A DNA stretch of 64,000 bases from Squalus acanthias (taxonomy: Eukaryota). Both the position numbers and the translations under genes were made by a program. The notes below the pieces were generated by a model. The model did not search any database and was not told where the DNA came from. It saw only the letters and a program-made list of their open reading frames with translations. Where the stretch lies: the NCBI GenBank assembly GCA_030390025.1, contig CM059432.1, forward strand, positions 77,812,001 through 77,876,000, in the 5' to 3' direction. This document shows positions 38,466 through 50,982 of the stretch, one piece after another (within the stretch, counting starts at the first letter, position 1; the number at the start of each line of letters is the position of its first letter).

Positions 38466-41400
38466 TCATTGTCATTTCAGACAACCAAGAAACCCAGCCT
38501 GCCCAACCAATGGTTGACCAAGAGGGAGAGGAGAGTGAAGAAGAAGAAACACCATCACTCGATTTCACTCCCAGCCACCAGCTTCTCGAGGTCGTCCTGC
38601 AAGGCCATCTGCAGTGTCCCCCACTGAAAGTCAGCAGCCTTCCATCAGCTATGCTGCAACCACTGGGGTAACACTGCGTAAGAGCACTAGGATAGGCAAA
38701 GGCACATTGCAAGACAATCATTAAGGGAATGCACAAGGGTGATTAGTTGATTTTTTTTGATGTAATATTGGATGCATATACGGATAAGTTGGATTGGAAA
38801 GTTTGCTTTGTGGTGGCTTTTACTTCAGCATTGTGGCCAAGAAGACGCTGTTATGGTCAGTAACAGAGGGAAGGTAAGGTGTAGGACAAATGTTGAAAGG
38901 GGAATTGGGGTTGTGTTCACTGGTACCGCAGGCGGGTGATTCAATCCCAGATATCCCGGCCAGAAAGGGGCTGTTTGGAGTGCTTTCTTCCTCTTCTGCT
39001 TCTTCCTCCTCCTTCTGCGAGCAGTTTGTCCCCTTTGCTGCCTCTGCTCCATCTCCATGTCATGCTGCAACTAGAGCCCCCAGAACTGGAAGCAAGTGGT
39101 GTTCTCAGAGGCCTTCCTTTAAGAGCTAAAGCCTTGCAAACGTCCAGCAGCACTCCATTCACACTTTAACAACTTTTTATAAGTATTACACCAAGCCACT
39201 ACTCCAATAAAATGTAAAGAAACCAGTACAAAAGCAAACGTCTAAACTTAACTGAAAGATGTATGTGTCCCTTTAAGAAGTGCTGGTAGCAGGTCCGTCG
39301 TATTGTGTGCTTTGGAGAGGGTGTTAATAGGAGCGGCGATGTCCAAAATACCAGAGCATGCGTCAATTCAGCATTACACACCGATTGACGTCACAATCTG
39401 GCTCATCTAAATATCTGGAGTGAGCGCAGGCAACGGCAGCAATGCCATCCTTCCCAAAATGACAGCCGCCGCGTTCCACGCCAGAAGTGGGTGGAAGAGA
39501 GGTGGCCGCCATTTTTTCTTCCAAACTGGCCCAATTTCCCGGCCATAGCAAGGAAGTTATGCTAAACCTTTATAACTCACTGGTTAGGCCTCAGCTGCAG
39601 TATTGTGTCCAAATTTGAGCACCGGACTTTAGGAAGGATGTCAAGGCCTTGGAGAGGGTGCAGTGGAAATTTAGTAGAATTATACCAGGGATGTGGGATT
39701 TCAGTTATGTGGCGAGACTAGAGAAACTGAGATTATTCTCCTCAGAGCAGAGAAGATTAAGGGGAGATTTAACAGAGGTCTTCAAAATTATGAGGGGTTT
39801 TGATAGAGTAAATAAGGAAATATTGTTTTCACTGGCAGGAGGGTCAGTAACCAGGGGACACAGGTTTAAGATAATTGGCAAAGGAACTAGAGGGAACAAG
39901 AGGAAAAAAATGATGCAGCAAGTTATGATCCAGAATGCATTGCCTGAATGGGTGGTGGAAGCACATTCAATAGTAACTTTTAAAAGGGAATCAGATAAAT
40001 ACTTGAAAAGGAAAAGTTTGCAGGGCTATGGGGAAAGAGCAGGGGAGTTGAACTAATTGAATAGCTATTTCAAAGAGCTGGCACAGGCACAATGGGCCGA
40101 AAGGCCTACTTCTTTGCTGTATCATTCTATGAAATCCCAATGGTGAGAAAAACCCAGTCCAATGAATCTGATGACACAGAATCTCATTTGCACCATGCCC
40201 TGTGCATAGAGAACTCTGCTCTTGTAACCAGCTGTTTGGACTGCTGATTGGGTGGTGAAGGGACTATCGATTGAGAGGATACTTTACAACGTTGGTTCAG
40301 CACATGCATCGCAATGACTAAATCAGTGCCGGTAGTGTGTGGCACATCAGCGGTGGTGTGGTGGACTCCATATGTTGTATTTGCCTTGGATTTAACTAGG
40401 ATACATTTATGCATATTCTCCCTAACTAACTTATGACAGTCCAGCAAGAGGAAACAAGAAAAATCCCACAAAAGGTCAAAGTCTGGGAGTTCTGCAATCC
40501 GAGCAAAAGCTCTATTGCCCATGCAGAGTCAGATGAAGTAGGCAGTTTCTGACTAGGCCTTTACCCCACTAAGCTGTTGAACACATCAAACAACTTGATC
40601 AAATGATTTTGATCCTGTCCCATGAAGGGCAGCTTCGCAGCATCTTTCTCATCCACTGTTTAGTCTTAAAGGGAAGGCATCCCTTATGTGACTCTTTCCT
40701 GTAGCCAGTCCACTCCAGAGGTGTGTCGATAATTTAACATGAAAGAGAGTGCTGGTTACACAGTATTCATTGCTTAATCACTGAAATCAACAGGTCAAGC
40801 AAGATAAATGAGCAATACATGGGCTTAACTCAAAATATAGCTCAGTCACAGATTAATAGATGGAATAGTCACTATTCTAACAATATTTACCAAAGTATAA
40901 GCACAACACATTACCCATGTTATCTGGAAAACAAATATCACTCAGTGTTCAAAAACACAGCTCACAATACAATATTATACTTGTTGTCTTCTCATACACA
41001 GAAAGGAATAGCAGAATAAATTAGGATTGAATTGATACCATAATAAAAACAAATTAAACTACTGAAATCTTAACTGTTGTGCGGAGATTAATGATATTCC
41101 TTATATTACAACAGGGACTACATTTCAAAAGTACTTAATTGGCTGTGAAGTGCTTTGGGACATCCTGAGGTTGTGAAATTTTTAACCCAATGATGCAGTG
41201 TCAAACATCCAGTATTTTCTGTGTGAATGTGATTATAAATTACAGCAGTGGCTTTATAATCAAGAATGAAGTCTCATAACTTGGAACTGTCTTTCTCCAT
41301 GAGCAAAATGACAGTTATGCATAATCAATGGTACAATATTGCTGTATTGTAGATATACTTTTAAATATGTTCAGCAATGCAATCAACACAGACTGAAGTA

Positions 41401-42331
41401 AGTAACTAATCAGATGTTCTAAATCTTCATTTTTTTTAAAAAGTGATATTTCCAAGATGTTGAGGGAAAACGTTTTACTAAAACATTATAAATTTGCAGT
41501 TTTATTGGCAGGAACTTAATCTAGCACAAGCACCAAAATAAATATCACAATTTCACCACCAGAGGCATTGCTCCCAACATATGCCATGCACCTGTGCACA
41601 AATGAGATGACTTTGCATGATAATGTGAGGTCACCTCATTTAAAGATTTTCTGGCACTCCCAGGACATAGCATATGACATGTTAGGTGCCCCAGGAGGAT
41701 TAGGCCAGAATTTCAAGTGTCAGCAACCTGTGAAGAGCTGCTAGCTGCCCATGGAGAGCAAACTTTTTTATTTCAGCAGAGACTGTGTTTGACTATGGCA
41801 GTAGTGAAGCACTTTGACCTTTTCAAGCAGAAGTACATAACAGATGGCAAGCTGGGAAGATAAGGGTCATCCAGACAAGTTTGTTTTCTAAATGGGCCTC
41901 CCACTCAGTGCTCATTGGGAGTGGGTGTTCGGCAACTGGGGAACCTACCATATTATATGGTCCACAGTAATCCTACACAAAATTCCTGTTCCCTTTTTGC
42001 CCCTATCCAGAAGTGCTAAACAATAAAGAACTGTAACAAATCCCAAGAAAAACACAAATGAAACCTAAAGGTAAAATTTACAAATTTACTTTCCCTGTAC
42101 ATGTTTCACATGCAGGGAGCACGTATCAGGAACTTGGGCAAAAAAGCCACAGGATTTTCCATTCAATCCGTGTCTTGTGTGCAAATCCATAAAACCTACC
42201 CTTACTCAGACATCTTGTTGTAATAATTAGAATTAGGAATCAACACTGCCAAAAATTCAACTCACTGCTGTTTGGGATCATGCTGTGCACATAATGGTTG
42301 TCACATTTGCCTACATGACAAAAGTCACAGC

Positions 42332-42685
42332 ACGCATGTGGTGGACGCGGACTCGCTGAATTCCTTCAAACGAGAGCTGGTTTGGTTTCTGGCTGGGGCG
42401 GAGATCACCTCTTTCAGAAGGTAGGTACTGCAGGGAATTCAGGGCCAGAGTGATCTCCTGGACTAGTTTCGATCACCTAGATGGTTCGGAAAGGAATTTC
42501 CCAGATTTTTTCCCCCCAATTTGGCCTGGGTTTTTAATCTTCTTTTTGCCTCTCCCAGGAGATCATGTGGTTTCGGGTGGGGTTGAGTGTATATATTGTG
42601 ATACACAATGTATCACAATTGTGTTGGACAGGCTCGATGGACCAGAGGGTCTTTACCTCTCCGTCATTGTTCGTATGTTCGGAAG
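42332..42685 (+). mobile_element. CR1 subfamily 3' end with long distinctive 3' UTR
   Basis: Closely similar to 55740-56075 (aggtaggtactgcagggaattcagggccagagtgatctcctggactag). Confidence 0.8.
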
Positions 42686-42819
42686 CTGATTTATTTTATG
42701 CAAAGTGCTTTAAGACATTTGAGATGTGTGATAAGGAACTATATAAATTCAAGTTTTTTTTATTAGAACTATGTAACAGCTCAACAGAATAAATTTATCT
42801 TTCTATACAAATGTACAGT

Positions 42820-45800
42820 TTTTTTTATATTCGCTTATGGGATCTGGGCATCGCTGGCAGGGCCAGCATTTATTGCCCATCCCTAGTTGCCCTTGAGAAG
42901 GTGGTGGTGAGCCGCCTTCTTGAACTGCTGCAGTCCGTGTGGTGAAGGTACTCCCACAATGCTGTTAGGTAGGGAGTTCCAGGATTTTGACCCAGCGACG
43001 ATGAAGGAACGGCGATATACTTCTAAGTCAGGATGGTGTGTGACTTGGAGAGGAACTTGGAGGTGGTGGTGTTCCCATGCGCCTGCTGCCTTTGTCCTTC
43101 TAGGTGGAAGAGGTCACGGGTTTGGGAGGTGCTGCCGAAGAAGCCTTGGCGAGTTGCTGCAGTGCATCTTGTAGATGGTACACACTGCAGCCACGGTTCG
43201 CCGGTGGTGGAGGGAGTGAATGTTTAAGGTGGTGGATGGGGTGCCAATCAAACGGGCTGCTTTCTCCTGGATGGTGTCGAGCTTCTTGAGTGTTGTTGGA
43301 GCTGCACTCATCCAGGCAAGTGGAGAATTCCATCACACTCCTTACTTATGCCTTGTAGATGGTGGAAAGGCTTTGGGGAGTCAGGAGGTGAGACACTCGC
43401 CGCAGAATACCTAGCCTCTGACCTGCTCTTGTTGCCACAGTATTTATGTGGCTGGTCCAGTTAAGTTTCTGGTCAATGGTGACCCCCAGGATGTTGATGG
43501 TGGGGGATTTGGCGATGATAATGCCATTGAATGTCAAGGGGAGGTGGTTAGACTCTCGCTTGTTGGAGATAGTCATTGCCTGGCACTTCTGTGGCACGAA
43601 TGTTACCTGCCACTTATCAGCCCAAGCCTGAACGTCGTCCAGGTCTTGTTGCATGCGGGCATGGTCTGCTTCATTATCTGAGGAGTTGTGAATGGCGCTG
43701 AACACTGTGCAGTCATCAGCGACCATCCCCATTTCTGACCTTATGTTGGAGGGAAGGTCATTGATGAAGCAGCTGAAGATGGCTGGGCCTAGGACACTGC
43801 TCTGAGGAACTCCTGCAGCGATGTCCTGGGGCTGTGATGATTGACCTTCAATCACCACAACCATCTTTCTTTGTGCTAGGTATGACTCCAGCCAGTGGAG
43901 TGTTTTCCCCCTGATTCCCATTGACTTCAGTTTTACTAGGGCTCCTTGATGCCACACTCTGTCAAATGCTGCCTTGATGTCAAGGGCAGTCACTCTCACC
44001 TCACCTCTGGAATTCAGCTCCTTTGTCCATGTTTGGACCAAGGCTGTAATGAGGTCGGGAGCCAAGTGTTCTTGGCGGAACCCAAACTGGGCATCAGTGA
44101 GCAGGTTATTGGTGAGTAAGTGCCGCTTGATAGCACTGTCAATGACACCTTCCATCACTTTGCTAATGATTGAGAGTAGACTGATGGGGCGGTAATTGGC
44201 CGGGTTGGATTTGTCCTGCTTTTTGTGGACAGGACATACCTGGGCAGTTTTCCACATTGTCGGATAGATGCCAGTGTTGTAACTGTACTGGAACAGCTTG
44301 GCTAGAGGCGCGGCTAGTTCTGGAGCATAAGTCTTCAGCATGATAGCCGGGATGTTGTCGGGGCCCATAGCCTTTGCTGTATCCAGTGCACTCAGCCGTT
44401 TCTTGATATCACGTGGAGTGAATCGAATTGGCTGAAGACTGGCTTCTGTGATGGTGGGGACCTCAGGAGTAGGCCGATATGGATCATCCACTCGGTAAAA
44501 TAATGGGACTCAAGGCGGATAAATCACCTGGACCTGATGGCTTACATCCTAGAGTCTTGAAGGAAGTGGCGGTAGGGATTGTAGATGCATTGGTAATAAT
44601 TTTTCAAAACTCCCTGGATTCCGCTAAGGTCCCGGCAGACTGGAAAACTGCTAATGTAACACCCTTATTTAAAAAGGGCAGTAGACAGAAGGCTGGTAAC
44701 TATAGACCGGTTAGCCTAACATCTGTGGTAGGTAAAATTTTGGAGTCCATTATTAAGGAAACAGTAACAGGACATTTGGATAATCATAATTTAATAGGAC
44801 AAAGTCAGCATGGTTTTACGAAGGGGAAGTCATGTTTGACAAATTTGCTGGAGTTCTTTGAGGAAGTAACATATAGAGTGGATAAAGGGGAACCAGTGGA
44901 CGTAGTGTATTTAGACTTCCAAAAGGCATTTGACAAGGTGCCACACAAAAGATTATTGCTTAAGGTAAAAAATCACGGGATTGGGGGTAATATTCTGGCA
45001 TGGATAGAGGATTGGCTATCTAACAGAAAGCAAAGAGTTGGGATAAATGGTTCATTCTCAGACTGGCAATCAGTAACTAGTGGTGTTCCACAGGGGTCAG
45101 TGCTGGGTCCCCAACTCTTTACAATCTATATTAACGATTTGGAGGAAGGGACCAAGTGTAACATATCAAAATTTGCAGATGATACTAAGATGGGAGGGAA
45201 AGTAGTGAGTGAGGAGGACATAAAAAACCTGCAAGGGGACATAGACAGGCTAAGTAAGTGGGCAGAGATTTGGCAGATGGAATACAACACTGGAAAGTGT
45301 GAGGTGATGCACTTTGGCAGGAAAAATCCTAGAGCAATTTATTATCTTAAATGGCAAGAAACTGGAGAGTACTGAAGTGCAAAGGGATCTGGGGGTCCTG
45401 GTGCACGAAACTCAAAAGGTTAGTATGCAGGTGCAGCAAGTGATCAAGAAGGCAAATGGAATGTTGGCTTTCATTGCTAGGGGGATAGAATATAAAAATA
45501 GGGAGGTATTGCTTCAGTTGTACAAGGTATTGGTGAGACCGCACCTGGAATACTGCATACAGTTTTGGTGTCCTTACTTAAGGAAAGACATCCTTGCTCT
45601 CGAGGCAGTGCAAAAAAGGTTCACTCGGTTAATCCCGGGGATGAGGGGGTGGTCATATGAGGAGAGGTTGGGTAGATTGGGACTCTACTCATTGGAGTTC
45701 AGAAGAATGAGAGGCGATCTTATTGAAACATATAAGATTGTGAAGGGGTTGGATCGGGTGGATGCGGGGAGGCTGTTCCCGATGACGGGTGAGACTAGAA

Positions 45801-46280
45801 CTAGGGGACATAGTCTTAGAATAAGGGGCTGCTCTTTCAAAACTGAGATGAGGAGGAACTACTTCACTCAGAGGGTGGTAGGTCCATGGAATATGCTGCC
45901 ACAAAAAGCTGTAGAAGCTACATCATTAAATAAATTTAAAACAGAAATAGACAGTTTCCTAGAAGTAAAGGACATTAAGGGTTACGGGGAGCGGGCAGGA
46001 ATTTGGACATGAGTCTAGGTTCGGATCGGTCATGGCCCTGTGGGTAGTGGAGCGGGCCCAGGGACCGTGTAGCCTGATTCTGCTCCTATTTCGTGTGTGC
46101 AATTCTGTTAGATGCAGGAGATGGATCTGTGATAGTAGATTGGCGGTTAGGATCAGATCAGCCATGATCTTATTGAATGGCGGAGCAGGCTCGAGGGGCC
46201 GATTGGCCTACTCCTGCTCCTATTTCTTATGTTCTGGCTGAAGATGGTTGCAAACGCTTCAGCCTCGTCTTTTGCACTCA
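42820..46280 (-). mobile_element. Second CR1-group LINE (42820-44494 + 46235-46280), split by a young CR1
   Basis: 381-aa RT ORF 43346-44491; the flank resumes at ggctgaagatggttgcaaacg. Confidence 0.93.
44495..46234 (+). mobile_element. Relatively young 5'-truncated CR1
   Basis: ORFs 44479-45375 and 45314-46012 cover the RT and C-terminus with a single frameshift; tail ttcttatgttct. Confidence 0.95.
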
Positions 46281-46552
46281 CTATAATATCACTATAAAAG
46301 TATCTGACTATATTTAAAAATCAACAAAAAATGAAAAGCAGTTCTAGTTCACACAATATTATCCATATGTTTATATAGATTATACCAAGGGATTTCATTT
46401 AGTATTCAGAAAATTAATTTATTTCTGTTCATGTTTTGTAATTCAGCAGAATTCATAATTTATTTTTCCATTAATTAACTTTTTCCTTTCTTTAATAGCA
46501 AAAACAATGAAGATTATCTCTTTAAGGAATTTCAAATTTGATCAACACTTAC

Positions 46553-46684
46553 CTTGTATAAACTTGCTAGGTAGTGACTGGTTTTGATTAGGAAAGGCTG
46601 GTTAACACCAGGGTGATCCATGTCATGTGTGGCAGCTGCCAGCAAACCCAACAGAACATCCCATGGAGAAACAGACTTGGCAAG
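46553..46684 (-). CDS. PDE7A: PDE7A coding exon (132 bp), HDxxHPG PDEase signature
   Basis: [44 protein letters not shown]; ttgaAG acceptor, GTAAGT donor. Confidence 0.97.
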
Positions 46685-47828
46685 CTTCAAGGAAAAAGGA
46701 GACATTGAGACAAAAATTATCAAAATGGAGATATTGAGTTGTGTTATCTGATAAATATTGAAGCATAAGCAACTTGCACTTCACATTATAACAATGGCCC
46801 GAATTTTGCAATCGCAATAATGGTGAGGCTATCAGCGCTCACCGTTATTATAGAGTAAATCAGACAGCAACTTCCGGCGTTTGCACATGCGCAGTTAAAC
46901 GCAGAATCCAGAAGTTTCTGTCTGATTTGCCCTACTCCTCCACAAGCTTTGCTACACTGGTACCTCACCAAGAGATTCGGCAATAAAACTGATGAAGGGC
47001 GTGAAGTTGCTGTACTTACCCACTAAACACGTCAGAAAAAGTAGGGCTGGTGCATTCAGGTGTAAGTGAATTTTTAACGGCGTGATAAGTCTGAATAACT
47101 GAAACAACCTCTCTGGCACTGAAAATTTAATTTTACAAGTGTGGAGTCTCATTCCTTCAGAATTTAATTATTGTTAAAGATTTTTTTTAATTAAAATAAT
47201 TTGTTTTACTTTTTCTTTGTCTCTTATCTCTCTCAATTCCATCTTTCTTTCCCTCTCTTTATTTTGCTTTCTGTACAAGGTTTTACATTCAATTAAATAT
47301 TCTAATTTAAACTTCCTGGTTTAGACGCTGCAGACTAAAAAATTGGATTACACCTGAAAACAGGCGTGGGGATCGCGATGCATGATCGCTGGCGCGGGGA
47401 TTGCAATGCACTATCGCCCTGCGCCCTTTGAAAGGAATGTAGGCAGCATGTGACCTTTGTGCTGCTCGCTAATTATACTGGTTGTAGCGTTCAGCCCAGC
47501 ACTGAATGCACTACTGAGTGGCGGAACGCTCAGCAGGGGGCCCAAATTCATGCGAGGCTAGCACCAATGAAAGCTAGCCTGCACTTCTTAAAGGCAGTCT
47601 GCACCTCTTATAGGGGAGGTGCATTCTGCCTGCAGCAGCTCATGCAACTGCCTGAGGGAGTCAGATGACCAAGAACTGCCACCTGGCCAGGCACTAGTGG
47701 AGGAGCAGGAAGACAGTGATCATGAAGACACAGTGTCACTCATTTCACACTCTGCAGTTAGATGAGTCGATCATGGACAGCCCAGGCAGAAAGGGGCTAT
47801 CTGGATTGCCTCTTCCCTTCCGCTTCTT

Positions 47829-47940
47829 TCCCACATTACAACAGTGACTCCACTTCAAAAGTACTTCATTGGCTGTAAAGCGCTTTGAGACGTCCGGTGG
47901 TCGTGAAAGGTGCTATATAAATGCAAGTCTTTCTTTCTTT
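47829..47940 (+). mobile_element. SINE 3' tail inserted in Harbinger
   Basis: Same tail as 1945-2040, ending in (cttt)n. Confidence 0.75.
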
Positions 47941-47953
47941 CCTCCTCTTCCAG

Positions 47954-49219
47954 TCACTGTATGCCTATTGGCAAGGGCTGTGCCCTCATGCTGGCGAGGT
48001 TTTGGCGTATGCAGCAGACTACGACAAATCTTAAGACGCGGTCTGGTGAGTACTGCAGGGCTCCTCCAGAGCAGTCCAGGCAGCGGAACCATTGCTTCAG
48101 CACCCCAATGGTCTGCTCTATGATACAAAAGCAAAATACTGCAGATGCTGGAAATCTGAAATAAAAACAGAAAATGCTGGAAATACTCAGCAGGTCAGGC
48201 AGCATCTGTGGAGAGAGAAACAGAGTTAACGTTTCAGGTCGATGACCCTTTGTCAGAACATCTGACGAAGGGTCATCGGCCTGAAACGTTAACTCTGTTT
48301 CTCTCTCCACAGATGCTGCCTGACCTGCTGAGTATTTCCAGCATTTTCTGTGTCTGTTCTATGATGTTTTGTGTGGCAGTATGGCTTTTATTGTACGCAT
48401 ACTGGCCACGTGTAGTTGGGTTGCGGAGCAGAGTCATGAGCCAGGTGGTCAAGCAGCCAGCCTCTGGTTTGACGTGGTGGCTCAAAGACTGAAGGAACAA
48501 TGGACTGGTGCAGAATAAACTCTTCACGACTGCTGCCAGGATACCGGGCATTCACCATCATGATATGCTGAACATGGTCGCACACCAACTGCACAATCAG
48601 CGAGTGGAAACCTCTGCGGTTGCAGTACATCTTAGCATTTAGATGTGGTGCCTGCAAAGCCACGTGTGTGCAGTCAATGGTGCCCTGCACCATGGGGAAG
48701 CCCGCTATCCTGGCAAAGCCACGTGCACACTCCGCCTGCTTCTCTCTGGTCAGAGAGAAAAAAATTAAGTCCCCTCTCCTGGAAATACGAGCGTCTGTCA
48801 CCTCTCTTATGCAGCAGTGGACGATGAACTGTGAGATGTTACAGATGTCACCTGCTCCAGCCTGGAAGGATTGCCAACGCAAAGAAATTCAGGGCCACGG
48901 TCACCGTCACAGCCACTGGCAGCGCTGTCCTTTCCCTGGTGTTAGGCTGCAGGTCTGGTTGCAAGAGATGGTAGAGTTCTGTGAGCATCTCCTTCATAAA
49001 GTGCAAATGCCTCACACACTGCTCCTGGCTCAGGCTGAGGCAAGAGAATTGCTCTTGGAAGACTCTGGTGGGCAAGGCCTCCTGCTGAGAGCCCTTCTCC
49101 CCCTCCTCCTCCTTTTCTCTGTGAGCAGCTTGTCCTCTTCTTCGCTGCCTCTGCATAATCTCCCGGTTATGCTGCAGGCCAAGGGGGATGACAACTAGAG
49201 CACACATGGCTGGGAGCAT
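47954..49219 (-). pseudogene. Harbinger DDE transposase pseudogene
   Basis: GFARIAGFPMVQGTIDCTHVAL, GFHSLIVQLVCD, YPGSS, IIEQTIGVLKQWFRCLD; frameshifts and a Penelope insertion. Confidence 0.92.
48125..48351. mobile_element. Palindromic Penelope-tail mini-element with two hammerhead cores
   Basis: Arms 48167-48257 and 48261-48351 pair at 89/91 positions; 14-bp TSD gtctgYtctatgat; homologous to 25499-25590. Confidence 0.92.
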
Positions 49220-50982
49220 GTGGTCTGACCAGAACCCTTGATTTCAGAAGCAAGGCCTTCTACACTTGCAGCACCACTCCACGTCACCCTCACCAACTTT
49301 GAATAACTCTAGAAAGCTCCAAACAGTTCCACAAACTTACACAGAGCCAGTGGAAATCAATCAATCAATCAATCAGCAACTAACCTTAGAGTTGTTGCTG
49401 ATCCCTTTAAATATCACTGGTAGGGGGGTCCTTGCTGATGCTGAACGCATGTTTAGCTGTGCGAGGTTAACACAGGGCATTAGCTCCAGCGTTGAAGAAG
49501 AAATGGCAGCGCTGGCATCGAATCAGCGTCGTACGCTGATTGCCGTCACAATCTGTGCACTCTGCATACTTCTGGCGCACGCTCACCCTACCACCTTCAC
49601 CAAGATGCCATCCAGTGGGACACTCACCACAAGTGTGCGTGCGCTATGTGGATGCCGTTTTCGGCACAAAATGGCACCCTTAGTGCTGAAAAATCGGGCG
49701 TTACGGAACCAAATTTTTCACCCTGCGTGTCTCAGTGAGGATTCTTCAATCTGATTGGTTAAGGAGACAAGCTGTTGCTCGTCCTGCTCACATCCCCTTG
49801 TAGAGGGCGCCGTGCTGAAAAGGATCTCTAATTACCGTAAGTTACCGCTCAAAAGCCCACAAAAAGTCTGTGGGCAGCTGTAAACATAATAAACGACGAG
49901 CGCCGTTCCTTCGCCGCTGACCGCAAAATCCAGGCCATTATTTCTGAAGCTACAAAATATCTTTACCTCCATCTAATTTTTCAGAGTTAACTATGGTTTT
50001 GTTTTTACTTTAGTTTTTGGTTGTATTGCATTATTTTTGATCCCTGTAAGGCCAAAATTTTCCTAATTTCATGTAATCCATCCAGGAAACATGCTATATC
50101 AATCTACTTTATAGCAAGAGTTATGCTACTAAATATCAAGCAGTAATTTCACACAAAAGTTGAAAAATCTAAACGTTCACATGAACGCATTTACTCTGTA
50201 GGCCCAGGTGGTTCATCTTAGCTTTAAGGGCTTTACACTTATTGATCAAATCCATTACTGTAGTTCTAAACTATTAGCGGTAAGATTAATTATGGGGAAA
50301 CACTCTTATCTGCAGAAGCAGAAACTTAAGCTATTTCTACTCCTAAAGTTTGCGCTGTAATAAGGTCAAAAATAAGGCAGGTCCTGTCTGCTGCAATAAT
50401 TGCATAAGAACGTAAAGCACAGAATGAGTTAGGCACATTTGGTCTATCAAGTACATTCTTTCTCCACATTTGTATGATCTGCTCTACCCTGGACTCTGCT
50501 GAACCCATTTAATCTGCAAAGTTGATCGCTGTGTGTCTGTCTGCCCCTAAAAGGTCAAGTAAATCAAATCTTTCAACAATACAAAATTCCTTCCACTCAC
50601 CCCCACTTCACCTGAATAAAAGAAGATGGGCCACGTCATGTTTGTGCTGAAGATTTTCCTGTGAAGACTCAGAATTTTAACTGAAATATTCAGTACATGT
50701 ATTTATTTTTTTCTTCTTGAAGTTAGGTTTTCAAGACAGACATAAATTGATAGAAACCCAAAACCGGGGTAATATCCCCAACATGAGGGATCTAATGACA
50801 ATGAATTAGTGAAGAAAACTGAATGTAACTAAAAAGGGTTAACATATTATGTGTGCAATTGACAGTAGTACTCTCACAAAACTGATGTGCCCTGCCATGA
50901 CCAGAGGAACTGCAGGCATGCCTTGATGGCTATTTTACTCAGTAAAAAAAACCTGTCAAACGAATCAGTGCCAGTATACATT

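Larger units (their letters stand above)
35941..39544. mobile_element. Internally deleted Harbinger element
   Basis: TIRs GGCCTAGAAATTGG / rc GGCCGGGAAATTGG; Myb last-exon remnant (+, ends cacaagggtgattag = HKGD*) and transposase N-terminal remnant (-). Confidence 0.85.
35490..40132 (+). mobile_element. CR1 RT/3' end split by a Harbinger insertion at 35941-39544
   Basis: ggctttataaaccgaggc (35937) resumes as gcaaggaagttatgctaaac (39548); ORF 39649-40056. Confidence 0.88.
47332..49723. mobile_element. Decayed coding Harbinger nested in MITE
   Basis: Ends AGACTAAAAAATTGG / rc GGGTGAAAAATTTGG; TGC TSD; left arm resembles 35941-36110. Confidence 0.78.
46796..49936. mobile_element. Harbinger-type MITE (outer element), interrupted at 47332-49723
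   Basis: TIRs GGCCCGAATTTTGC / rc GGCCTGGATTTTGC; flanks AAT/ATT. Confidence 0.8.

Noticed and set aside
48620..49754. Plus-strand ORFs of 192 and 162 aa (and similar antisense ORFs over LINEs)
   Set aside because: Antisense or shadow frames of transposon sequence.
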